From: the human T2T-CHM13v2.0 reference genome, Homo sapiens
Assembly (NCBI RefSeq): GCF_009914755.1
Contig: NC_060938.1
Strand: one strand, 5' to 3'
Length of the DNA stretch: 64,000 nucleotides
This document shows positions 1 to 31,448 of the stretch, in pieces (the stretch's first letter is position 1; the number at the start of each line of letters is the position of its first letter). Position numbers and translations under genes: made by a program. The notes beneath the pieces are model-generated. The model had not been told where the DNA came from. It searched no databases and was given only the letters and a program-made list of their open reading frames with translations.

Positions 1-339
1 ACGGTCACTGTGAGTAGATCACACAATGTTGCTCTCTCATACCAGGTGATGGTATAGTTCTGTCAAGGAATTACTATAATTCATAATACCAACCCTATCA
101 CAGCCACTGGAAAACAGGTTCTAGCCTCACTTTTCTTACAAACGGGTAAAATAGTGCTAGACACACAGGAGGCACTCAGTAAAATTTGTTGAATTGAATT
201 ACCAGTGGTAGTTGTGATTACATAAGTATTGTATACATATGTACATATTATGGACACATAAGTAGTGAATACATAACTCAAATAATTGAGCTGAACACTT
301 AAACTTAGTGCACTTTGTGAGCATCATGGTACATATATA

Positions 340-647
<308 letters not shown>

Positions 648-682
648 TTTCATGGTATATTTTACCTTATTATTTTTTTTTT

Positions 683-792
683 AGATTAGTCAAGTGCAGT
701 AGTGAGAAGGGGGAAAAGAACAGAACAAGGAGTTTGATCTGTAACTGACTGTGAACAATCAGTTGAGATAACACACTACCTTCAGACCAACC
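683..792 (-). pseudogene. Y1 RNA (RNY1-like) retrocopy
   Basis: Reverse complement GGTTGGTCTGAAGGTAGTGTGTTATCTCAACTGATTGTTCACAGTCAGTTACAGATC...CTGCACTTGACTAATCT matches hY1 along its full length; followed by an A-tail (T run 673-682). Confidence 0.9.
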
Positions 793-1281
793 ATCACGTC
801 AATCTTTAAAAGGTTTTAAAAAAGAAAAATATATTGAGGTAAAGAGGTTCATACCCCCAGAACTCCTACTTTGTCCCTGTAGGCCCCATCCCCTCCCGCT
901 TAGGTGTCAACTCTCCACTCCCTGCCTGCCCTTAATCTGGGAGTGGTTGGTATCAGTTTGTGTTGACCCAACTCTTCTGGAAATACCCAGCCTTTGGCTT
1001 GCACTCCCAGCCCAGCCCACACCTAGACTCTGACCTGGAGGGCCCAGCCAGGAGGCCTCTCTTCCCTCTATCCCTCTAAGCTCTATGTCAGATTCCCCAA
1101 ACTCTCCTCTGCTTTGCTGGCCTGTGCTCCAGAGGTCTCCCCACCTCATCCCTGCACAAGATTGCATGTAGGTTCTGAGAGGAGGAAAGCTGGGTAAGGG
1201 ACTTAGAGGAACACACCCCACTCTCTATGGCTGCGCCCACTCCATGTGCAAGACCCGCGGGGCAGGGTTTGCAGGGTGGTA

Positions 1282-1295
1282 GCGCCCCCTTGTGC
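1282..1295 (-). promoter_or_regulatory. CTCF-like motif
   Basis: Minus strand GCACAAGGGGGCGC, 12/14 to CCACCAGGGGGCGC, in a TE-free GC-rich patch. Confidence 0.45.
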
Positions 1296-2139
1296 TGGAT
1301 GTTGGGACTGCAAACCGAACCTAGGGAACTGAGAGGCAGAGGCAAAGCCAGTCCCGCCAGGGCCACGGGCACTACCAGCCTCTTCCTTCCCCTGTTCCAC
1401 TTTCCATGTTTCCACCCTGGACACCTGTACTTAAAGGGGTGGGACTCGGCGAGACGGGCAGACAAGCCGCTCTTAGCTTTCCAGCTGCAGAGAGGGAAAT
1501 GTCAGAGTTTCCGTCTGCTGTCCCTGTGTGGAGGTTGGTGGGCAGCCCTCACTAACTCCAGGAAAGGACAGGGAGTGGGGGGGCGGCGGGTGGTACAGGA
1601 CAGATGGTCCGCGGGAGGGGAGAAGGTTGGCACTTCTGTGCCCTCTCCTTGGAGCGCCTCTGAGTTGTCACACTGCCCCCCTGTGGGCGCCTCAGACACG
1701 AATCACTCCAGGATGCCTGTCCCCGGGGTCCCAGGGTAAGAGTCCAGGTGAGACTCTGCACTCCTGGACTGCAGAATGCTATCACAGAACTCCTTCTGAC
1801 CAAGACAAGCAGGCCCCTGTGTCCCCTTTATCTAAGAGTGGGACATTTCTGTGCCAATTCCCTGAGGCTTTTGGAGATAACACCCATGCCTCTTGAGGGA
1901 CCTCTAACCTGCACCCATGCCCCTGTCCTCGTCCTCACCCTGGTGCCATGAGAATCCTTTGGTCTCAGCCTCACATTTATAAAGGCCCTTAAATTTCTAA
2001 TTTTGTAGTTAAAAAAATTCCTGTTGGTTCTTGTAAATAGTACTATATAGCTGTGTTGTTTGTACCAAGTTTGTATTTGTTAAATGTTTAAATATACCAA
2101 GTATTATCAAAACCATCTTAGCATTTCTTAGTTGTTTTT

Positions 2140-3742
<1,603 letters not shown>

Positions 3743-3859
3743 CTAGTTTCATAAACAGCTTATCATATGACATGACTTAGAGACATTTCAACATTCCTGT
3801 CACCTTCCTCCGCATTATTTCATTTTACTAATCTTTTATAATGTGGCTTCCAGTATATG

Positions 3860-4600
3860 AGGAGGCAGTAACAGGTAGTGGCTAGGAACAAGGGCTCTGG
3901 ACTTGGCAATTAGTGTGTGAATCTAGTCTTTACTGCTTACTGGTTGGGACCTTCAGCAAGTTATATATCCTGCTGGAGCTTCAGTTTCCTCACCTTTAAC
4001 ATGGAGCTAATAATACAAAGGGTAGTTGAGTAGATTAAAAGACATCATCTATGTGATGCCTGTCACTAGTGGTCACTGATTCATTCACTCAAAAAGCATT
4101 TATTGAATACCTACTATGTGCTAGACATTGTTTTTGGCACTGAGGATACGGCAGTAAACAAATAGACCCTGCCCTCATGGAACATACATTCTTGTGAGAA
4201 GAGCAGGGATAAATGTGATGAATTAATAAAATAGTTTATTAGATAGTGCTAAGTGCTAAGGAGAAAAATTAATTGAGGAAGGGAGATAGACATTGTTGGG
4301 GGTGTAATTTTATACACTGGGGTCAGAGAAGGCCCCACCAAGAACCTGAGGATATGAGGGAACAAACCAAGTGGTTCTCAGGAAGAAGAGCATTCCAAGC
4401 AAAAGCAGAAGTAAATGCCAAGACTGAGGTGAGTACATGGCTCCCATATTCATGTCTTAGTGAACAAGGTAGTGTGGCTGGAACAGAATGATCAAGGAAG
4501 ACAGCAATAGAAGAGGAGATCAGACAGGTCATGGGGTGACATCCCATAAAACCCTGTAAGTCATTGTAAAGACTTTGGCTCATACTCTAACTGAAAGGAA
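3860..4600. mobile_element. MIR followed by L2 3' fragment
   Basis: MIR core (cttcagtttcctcacctttaacatgg) at ~3980; L2 3' end signature cattcactcaaaaagcatttattgaatacctactatgtgctag at ~4080. Confidence 0.7.
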
Positions 4601-4648
4601 GGAAGACTGCAGTGGCGTAAAGGAAGGACGTGGTATTTTAGTACAGTG

Positions 4649-4703
4649 TAAATACTCATTATTATTATATATTATTATAAATACTCATTATTATTATATA
4701 TTA
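4649..4703. repeat. 29-bp-period AT-rich tandem duplication
   Basis: TAAATACTCATTATTATTATATATTA occurs at 4649 and 4678. Confidence 0.85.
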
Positions 4704-4736
4704 AATAAATATTTTTTTTATTTATTTTTCTTTTGA

Positions 4737-10374
<5,638 letters not shown>

Positions 10375-10564
10375 CTAATATTAGCATCATCCTTACTTTA
10401 TACATGGAGAAAATTGGGCATAGAAAAGTAAAAACTTGCCAAGTTCATTCACCTGATAAATGGCAGTACTGGCCAGTTCTGCTTCTCTAATATGTTAGCT
10501 TTTATGCAACCACGCCATGCTAATTCATTCAGCACCAGCAGAAATCTCTAATCTGTCAATTAAA

Positions 10565-13341
<2,777 letters not shown>

Positions 13342-14970
13342 AAGAATGATTTTAGAATGATGTGTCTAGTTGGTGAACTATGCCAGGTACTAGTGATGAT
13401 TACCTCCATGGGTCAGAATCTGGTCAGGTAAACAATCCATAACAGTTAATTCAGTAGAAGAAATGTAACAAAGAACGAGAAAAATATGATGAAATTGCTA
13501 AAAGTCCAAAAGGAGATGGTGAGGTAGCCCAGAGATAAGCAACAGCAGGAAGCTGGAGGAACAAAGGGAGGAGGTGGTGTCACCAGCACCTAAGAAGCCA
13601 GGCTACCCAGTGGGAACTAGAACCATGGAAGATGCACGGCTGCTGCTAAAGACAAAGCTGAGGCAGAGGGGATGGGGCCCGCCCTGGGTCCTCCTTCCCT
13701 GCCTCCCCTCCAGTCTCCCACTAGTGCCTCCTGCTGGCTGAATCTACCCCAAAGTCACTTGGCCAGAGAGCCTGGGAAGTGCAGTTTGCAGGAAGAGGCA
13801 GCAGGATTAATCTGAACACAGACAAGTAAATGACTGGCATCCATTCTAGAAATTAGCCAGGTGTTAGATTCCTTGCTCTGAAGATTCTAGAATCTACCAT
13901 GTTTAACAGCAAGGCCTCTGATTCAGACAGCTTATGTCTTGGCTCTTGCAGATGCTAGTAGTTTGATCTTGAGCAAAGTGTCAAACTGTCTATTTCCTCA
14001 ATTAAAAAATGAGGACAAAAAATAACACCTACTTCCTAATGTGGTCAGGATTAAATGAGATAATGTATGTGAAGTGCTTAGAACCGTGCCTAACATATGG
14101 TGAGTCCTCTATAAAAGTTAGATATTATCATCTTAAAAACTAAACATCAGCCAGGCACGGTGGCTCACGCCTATAATCCCAGCCCTTTGGGAGGCCAAGG
14201 CAGGAGGATGGCTTCAGGCCAGCAGTTTGAGATCAGCCCGGGCAATATATCAAGACCTCATCTCTACAAATAAATAAATAGAAATTTAAAAATAAACATC
14301 TGTCCATTTCCCACTACTTTCACTATTTTTCATAGTTCCTCAAAGATTTCCAAGAATATTTCCACAGTCCCATTCCCAAAGGTACTTGATCATTTAGGAT
14401 ATGATTTTTATGGGCCTGAACACTGAAACTCACTAAGCTAATTAAAGCTTAAACTCATTATAAAGACCTAGGTCGTCTTGAATTTTTCCCTCATCTTTTT
14501 TTTTTTTTTTTTTTGGCTTGCATTCAATCTTGAATATTAACTCCCAGTGTCTGCCACAGTGTCTTGCACTTGGAAGGCACTTAAATATTTACAGAATGAA
14601 AGTGTGTTCTGCCTGGGTGCCATTTATTCCTGATGATGATTATGCCCAACAGCACAGGTCTTGACTATTTTCTGCAAATTTCAGTTTATTCAGCATTCCA
14701 GACCATGGGTTCTCTTCCCCCTTTCTTCACCCCCATAACTCTTCCCATCTCACTACCACCTTTCCTGCTTCCTTTCCAAACTCCTACTCCCTGAGATGCC
14801 CATTCCCATGGGTACTCCCCATGGCTGTCTGGCATTGTTAATTTATGTATCTGATCTCTCTTTCCAACTAGACTGTAAGCTCCTTGAAGCTAAAGTGAAG
14901 TCTTAAGAATTCCAGGCATCCAAAAAGAATATAGCCAGTGCTCAGCTGAAACTTCCGTGACCACTTTTAG

Positions 14971-15502
<532 letters not shown>

Positions 15503-15504
15503 TA

Positions 15505-18645
<3,141 letters not shown>

Positions 18646-19410
18646 CAGATGCAATTCCACTCAATTCCCCCAACCCCACCCCTGATAATATTTTCCATCT
18701 ACGATCAGTTAAATCTGCGAATGCAGAACCCAAGATATGGAGGGCCCACTGTACTAGATCTTGGGCAAAATACTTAACTTTTCTGTGCCTGCATTTCTCG
18801 GAATACCTTGGAAATTGGAAGTAATAATAGTATGTACCTCACAGGGTTGTTTAGAGGATTAAACCCGCAAATGCTTGTAAAGTGTTAATGTATTTAGTAT
18901 ATACTAAAATAGTTCCTAAGTATTTAGTAAAGTGCTTACTTAGATCTGTGCCTGAAAAGTGGAAAAATCTAAAATTGTTTGCTATTTGTTGTGTTTATTT
19001 TTTCACTGAAAATTCTGAGCTTCAATATTGTTTATTAATGTTATCTATCAGTGCCACAGGAAATCGGTAACCTCCAGCTCACACAAATTAGAAACACCTT
19101 CTGTGACTGATAATAATAGTTGCTACCAGATATGGAGCACTTCCTGTATGTCAGGGAACTTGCTCTCCTTAAATGTTAGCAACAACCTTAAGAGGAAGTT
19201 GCACTATCATAAGCCTCATTTTATACCTGAGGAGAACAGAGAGGTTAAGTAATTTCCTGGAGGTCACAGCCAGCAAATGGAGAAGGCGTACTTATTCATT
19301 TATTTACCATTTATTGAGTTCTTCCTGTGTCTCAGCAGGAGAGAAGCCCTGTAGGTGCAAAGGTAAACAGTCTAGGCCCCAGCCTACGGGAAGTTTCAGT
19401 TTGCAGAGAA

Positions 19411-19429
19411 GGGGCGGGGCGGGGGCGGG
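19411..19429 (+). promoter_or_regulatory. GC-box cluster / G-quadruplex motif upstream of LRP10
   Basis: GGGGCGGGGCGGGGGCGGG: four G-tracts with 1-nt loops and overlapping Sp/KLF sites. Confidence 0.6.
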
Positions 19430-20243
19430 AATGACGAATAAATAGTTACCGTACCGTGTGGTAATAGCTGTAATAAAGTCTCACTCCGAAAAGTGCTGCC
19501 GGATCTCAGACCCTGGGACAAGAAAAGTACTGAGAGCTTAGGGCCCAAAGGAAAGACATCACAGTTATGGAATAAGCAGACGTCCTTTGACAAACGTGTG
19601 ACAAACATATGACAAACATGTCCTGTAACGACAAACGTGTTACACCCCAAGGATTAAACAAAGCAGGGTTAAATGTGGAAGCTGAAGCTGCAAGTCAAGG
19701 GCCCGTCTGACAAGTCCGGCAGGGCCGGGAAAGGGGTTAAGGCGAGCAAGTGGGTGTGGCCCGTGCGTTGATTGGCAGGGGTGGGACCGGGCTTGTCACC
19801 CGCCCCGGCTACTCCAACCCCTGGGCGGGCGGGGGTACCGCCTGGGCAAGGGCCGGGGCGCCGGGCCGAGCCACCTCTTCCCCTCCCCCGCTTCCCTGTC
19901 GCGCTCCGCTGGCTGGACGCGCTGGAGGAGTGGAGCAGCACCCGGCCGGCCCTGGGGGCTGACAGTCGGCAAAGTTTGGCCCGAAGAGGAAGTGGTCTCA
20001 AACCCCGGCAGGTGGCGACCAGGCCAGACCAGGGGCGCTCGCTGCCTGCGGGCGGGCTGTAGGCGAGGGCGCGCCCCAGTGCCGAGACCCGGGGCTTCAG
20101 GAGCCGGCCCCGGGAGAGAAGAGTGCGGCGGCGGACGGAGAAAACAACTCCAAAGTTGGCGAAAGGCACCGCCCCTACTCCCGGGCTGCCGCCGCCTCCC
20201 CGCCCCCAGCCCTGGCATCCAGAGTACGGGTCGAGCCCGGGCC

Positions 20244-20315
20244 ATGGAGCCCCCCTGGGGAGGCGGCACCAGGGAGCCTGGGCGCCCGGGGCTCCGCCGC
20301 GACCCCATCGGGTAG
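20244..20315 (+). other. Upstream ORF (23 aa) in LRP10 5'UTR
   Basis: GCCATGG strong Kozak; MEPPWGGGTREPGRPGLRRDPIG*; ends 46 nt before the main ATG. Confidence 0.6.
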
Positions 20316-20361
20316 ACCACAGAAGCTCCGGGACCCTTCCGGCACCTCTGGACAGCCCAGG

Positions 20362-25585
<5,224 letters not shown>

Positions 25586-26117
25586 GGGGACCTGGGGGCT
25601 CTACTGAGGCCTCTCCCCTGGGGGCTCTACTCATAGTGGCACAACCTTTTAGAGGTGGGTCAGCCTCCCCTCCACCACTTCCTTCCCTGTCCCTGGATTT
25701 CAGGGACTTGGTGGGCCTCCCGTTGACCCTATGTAGCTGCTATAAAGTTAAGTGTCCCTCAGGCAGGGAGAGGGCTCACAGAGTCTCCTCTGTACGTGGC
25801 CATGGCCAGACACCCCAGTCCCTTCACCACCACCTGCTCCCCACGCCACCACCATTTGGGTGGCTGTTTTTAAAAAGTAAAGTTCTTAGAGGATCATAGG
25901 TCTGGACACTCCATCCTTGCCAAACCTCTACCCAAAAGTGGCCTTAAGCACCGGAATGCCAATTAACTAGAGACCCTCCAGCCCCCAAGGGGAGGATTTG
26001 GGCAGAACCTGAGGTTTTGCCATCCACAATCCCTCCTACAGGGCCTGGCTCACAAAAAGAGTGCAACAAATGCTTCTATTCCATAGCTACGGCATTGCTC
26101 AGTAAGTTGAGGTCAAA

Positions 26118-26123
26118 AATAAA
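26118..26123 (+). terminator. LRP10: LRP10 proximal poly(A) signal
   Basis: AATAAA ~530 nt after the stop codon. Confidence 0.75.
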
Positions 26124-27096
26124 GGAATCATACATCTCAAAATTTTGCAAATTAGCTGCGAGCCTGAGCCCCGCCTCTGCCCATCTCAGTCTATGCTCAC
26201 CTCATCCCACTCCTCCCTGTGGAGCCCTTTGCTTGGCCCTCTACCTCCTGCCCTCTTCCTGTTCATCTCCCAACCACTGCACTCTTGATTTTTATACCAC
26301 ACAGAAGGTAAGAAAATTCTAGGAACCCTAAGGATCAATCCTCTCCATTTTCACTCAAATGCCTGGGGCCCAGCTCTGCAATGACTGACTCCAGGGCCTC
26401 TTTCCTCACTGCCAGCATAGAAGTCAGGGGAGCCAGCTGGGCCCTGCGGTCAGGAAGGTTCTCATTTTTGGAGCATTCCCTGAGCCCAGATCATAGGAGC
26501 AGCTGTCCCTGGTGGGACACAGGAGTCATGACTCCTACCCTCCACCCTCCACACCCACCAGGCATTTAGCAGTCTGTCCTATGCAAGACAGATGAATTCT
26601 CAGCCAGGATACCTCAAGGCAGGCAAAGGTGAGTGGAGGGAAAATTCACAAACATTCAGGGTGTGTGGTGCTGGCATCACCATGGCCAAATCCAAGAGGT
26701 CTTCCTGGAAGAGGGCCCAAACTGGAACCAAAAGAATGCTGTCAGCAGTTGGAATAGAGCTGTGAATTCTAGACAGGGGGAGTGTCCCCAGAACAAGCAA
26801 ACGGAGGAGACAAGAGGGCAAGGGTTATAGGAAAGACCCTGGGCCTGAGAGCACAAGCAGCGGCCAGAGCTGCAGCGCTGGGGTGGGTGATGGAGGGAAT
26901 GATTCGCAAGCAGTGTTGGAACCCAGCCCCTAGTGAGCAAAGTGACAGAAGCTGCCCCAGAGTTTGGAAGGAAGATCGAGGCAGAAGATGTAGAAGGAAG
27001 CTGTGGGGGTGGGAGTGATGCCTCAGGAACAAAACTGAGGAATTCCCTAACGGACCCAGTCCCTGGGGAAAGAGGCTCCCCTCAGGCTCTCCTTGT

Positions 27097-27180
27097 CTAG
27101 CCCCACACCTGGCAGAGCCTGTCACCCAGCCTAGCCCCACGCCTGGCAGAGCCCATCACCCAGCCTAGCCCCACACCTGG
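27097..27180. repeat. 34-bp minisatellite, about 2.5 copies
   Basis: CTAGCCCCACRCCTGGCAGAGCCYRTCACCCAGC at 27097 and 27131, partial copy at 27165. Confidence 0.9.
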
Positions 27181-28116
27181 TGGAGAGGCCCTGTTGATTA
27201 CACCCTGTCAGCCTCCTCAAACCCAGCACTAATTGCACAATTTTCCTCTCTTCTAGTGAGCAAGAGCCTGAGGAAGTAGCAGAGAGGGGTGTGGGCCCAT
27301 GTGCAGTTCTGGGACCCTGGCACCTTGGCTCAGGGAAGACCCGAGCTCCTTTCACTGCAGACCCTCTCCAGAGACTGGGGAGAGGGCTCTGGAGAACCTG
27401 GTTCTTGCTTACTGTTCTCCCTTTGGGCCCTCCTTCCCAAACGCAAACAATCCAGGATCCACTCAGCGTCAGGCCCAATGGAAATAGTGAAGCAGTGATT
27501 TTCCCTCCCCTGCCTCTCCATAGCCTGGTCTTTTGCCCTCTCCTTTGCTCTTCTCTTCCCCCATAGCCACCTCAAATACCTGCAGCCTGATATCTTCATC
27601 CCTTCATCCAGACCTTTTCTCTCCTAGTGGTATTGCAAACTGAAAGTGGACAAAGACTTAAGGTAAACCTGCTCCTCATGGTGGAATGCTTCCAAATGCT
27701 GGAAGGAGGACTTTAGGGCAGAGTTCACTAAGGAGGCTTGTGCTTATAGATCAGTGGGCCTGAAAGAAGTTTCTCTAGGTTCTGGTTGTGTGCTGTACGA
27801 GGTGTAGGTAGTAATAATACTCTTGTCAGCCACAGTGAAGCCCCAAGCTAGCCGGGATAGGGGACTGACCTTGTACAGGCAGCATGGAGAAACTAAGACA
27901 GAGTGTCCTGCCCAAGTGATGGCACTGGGGAGCAGTCACTCAGGTTTATTTCCACCAGGGCCCAAGAAAAAAAGAAATGAGGCAACCTAAAATTCCATCA
28001 AGATAGATACCAATATCCAAGGTGCTTGGTCTTAGCGGTGTGGGACCCACGTTAAGGCTCTTGGTGGGAAGGTGGGAGGTGTTTTCAGCATGAGATAGGG
28101 TTCAGGCTGTGAATCA

Positions 28117-29415
<1,299 letters not shown>

Positions 29416-29747
29416 ATACTCATTTTGGAAGGAAGTCATTCTAAAATGTTACACTTGTCTTCAGCATATCTGCAATATAATAATTTTCTGCATAACTGAG
29501 GATCATTCACAGAAACCAATGGCTTTTCTCCAGCAGTGTCTTCTGAAGTTGTAACAGTAGGGGCACGGGGAGCTATTTGCTTTTATGCTAAATGACCTTA
29601 GACCACTTATAAAATGCATATGAGTGCTTTAAATGTTATTTTGTGTGTGTGTGGTGTTGCCTCCCTGACTACAAGGGGTCACTTGCTACTCTAAATGTGT
29701 TTCTAATCTACTAGTACAGGAACACACATGGACACGTTAAAATTGTG

Positions 29748-29753
29748 AATAAA
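29748..29753 (+). terminator. LRP10: Candidate LRP10 distal poly(A) signal
   Basis: AATAAA at the end of an AU-rich non-repeat block before the REM2 promoter. Confidence 0.55.
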
Positions 29754-31139
29754 AGTAAGTAAAAAGTAAAAGTAAGTAGGCCATGACTGAGGACTGGAGA
29801 ATCTACCCAGTGAGTAAAGCACAGGAGTATTTTAGCAGCTGAGGGGTCCTTTCTGCTCCCTCAAACCCTGCACTGTTGCCCTATAGCTGACCTCCAAATA
29901 AGTGAAGTGTCACTGCACATTGTTCCCAAGATTATTCTTTGCCTCTTCCATTGGAAGAGTCCACTGAGGATAGCAATATAGACTGTTCCCAATAATAGGA
30001 GACAGTTGGAATATTTAAGAGAAGGAAAGCTGCACAATGTAGAAATGAAAAATCCTTGGCACTGGAAAGATGTGGGTGGGATTCCTGGTGTTCCCATTTT
30101 CCAGCTGCAAGATTGCTTTAGGGACGGGGCACCCACCTACCACTGTGGGCCTTGGGCTCAAGAAGATGAAAGGAGATAATGCAAGAAAGTACTTAGCACA
30201 GCATCTGGCAAAAACGGGGCAAGGAAAGGAAATCGGAACGTGTGTCTGGGAGCTTAAGGGTGTCAGGAAGGAGGACAAGAAGGAAAGGGGCAGGAGAAGG
30301 AACCTGAAGGGAAAGGGAACTGGGCAGAAAAAGAACGGTAAAAGAGATGTGCTATCTGGGCTTCCTACAAACAGGCAGACATCACCCATTGCGTACCTGC
30401 CTTGCATAGCCCAGAAGGCCTGGCAGCTGCACCAAAAAAACATTAACAGTGGGTAGGGGAGTTGGGGGGTAGCTGGCACTCCCCCTTCCCCACCCACTTA
30501 AGATTGGGAACCTCGTGTTTGAGATAGCTAGCTTTGTCTCACCCTTTTTTCCTGCTCTGATTATCGTTAGCTTGGTGGGCCTGGCAGGGAGAGAAGGTGG
30601 AAGAGTCTCCACAGTGGTTTGCCCCTACCTGAACTTAGTGGCAAAATGAAGCTGCCCAAATGAAGCAGCTGAATTTCCTTCCTCAGAGCCCGCATCTGCC
30701 TAGGGGCTGGGAAATGAGTACTTTCGTGGCTCTTAGCCCAGAAGAGGCAGGGTGGAGAAGGAAAAGGTGGCAGGGTGGCTGACCCTCAGTCCCCACACCT
30801 CTTTTGGCCTGCATCTCTTTGTCTTTCAGACCAGCTTTTAATCTTTCTGCCTCTTGCCCCTGTGCAGCCACTGAGCACGCTCTCTGGGCTAGACACTGGG
30901 CTAGGGGTCTGGAAATACAAAGACAAATGATGCGTAGTCCTGGCTGCTGGAGAAAGACCTTCACCTCCCCAGGTCCCTGCCTTCTGTCACCCTGAGCTCC
31001 CTTACCCACTGACACCCCCTGCAACCCTTGTCTGTTCTGCCCCTTGACTGTTCTGTCATAACTCAACCAAGCTCTGCAGTGTGTGTGCTCCCAGAGAGAA
31101 GCGACACAAAGAAAAGGGAGGGGGGGCAGAAAGGAGGGA

Positions 31140-31345
31140 ATCCCGCTGACATCACTGCTCATTAGCATGTGTGACCTCATCAGGGGGTGGGACAATTTCC
31201 CCAGGTGTCTAGGGGGGAGGGCATGTGTGTGTGTGGGGGGGGGGGGTGGTATTTAAAGGGAAAAGCTGACAGTGCTGCTGAGTGAGGGAGAGGGTGCTGC
31301 GAGCTGCTGGGCTGCACACGCACACGCACACGCACACGCACACTG
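31140..31345 (+). promoter_or_regulatory. REM2: REM2 core promoter and 5'UTR
   Basis: TGACATCA (31147), ATTAGCAT (31161), TGACCTCA (31172), TATA-like TATTTAAA (31250-31257) ~95 nt before the ATG. Confidence 0.7.
31315..31343 (+). repeat. (CACACG)n microsatellite in REM2 5'UTR
   Basis: Four full copies plus one partial copy just before the ATG. Confidence 0.9.
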
Positions 31346-31448
31346 ATGCACACGGACCTGGACACAGACATGGACATGGACACAGAAACCACAGCACTCT
31401 GCCCCTCTGGCAGCCGCCGGGCCTCCCCTCCAGGGACGCCCACACCAG
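31346..31448 (+). CDS. REM2: REM2 exon 1 coding part
   Basis: MHTDLDTDMDMDTETTALCPSGSRRASPPGTPTP G|gtgag. Confidence 0.92.

Noticed and set aside
1227-1896. 170-aa and 122-aa ORFs in the GC-rich patch
   Set aside because: No recognisable domain or exon structure; expected by chance in GC-rich DNA
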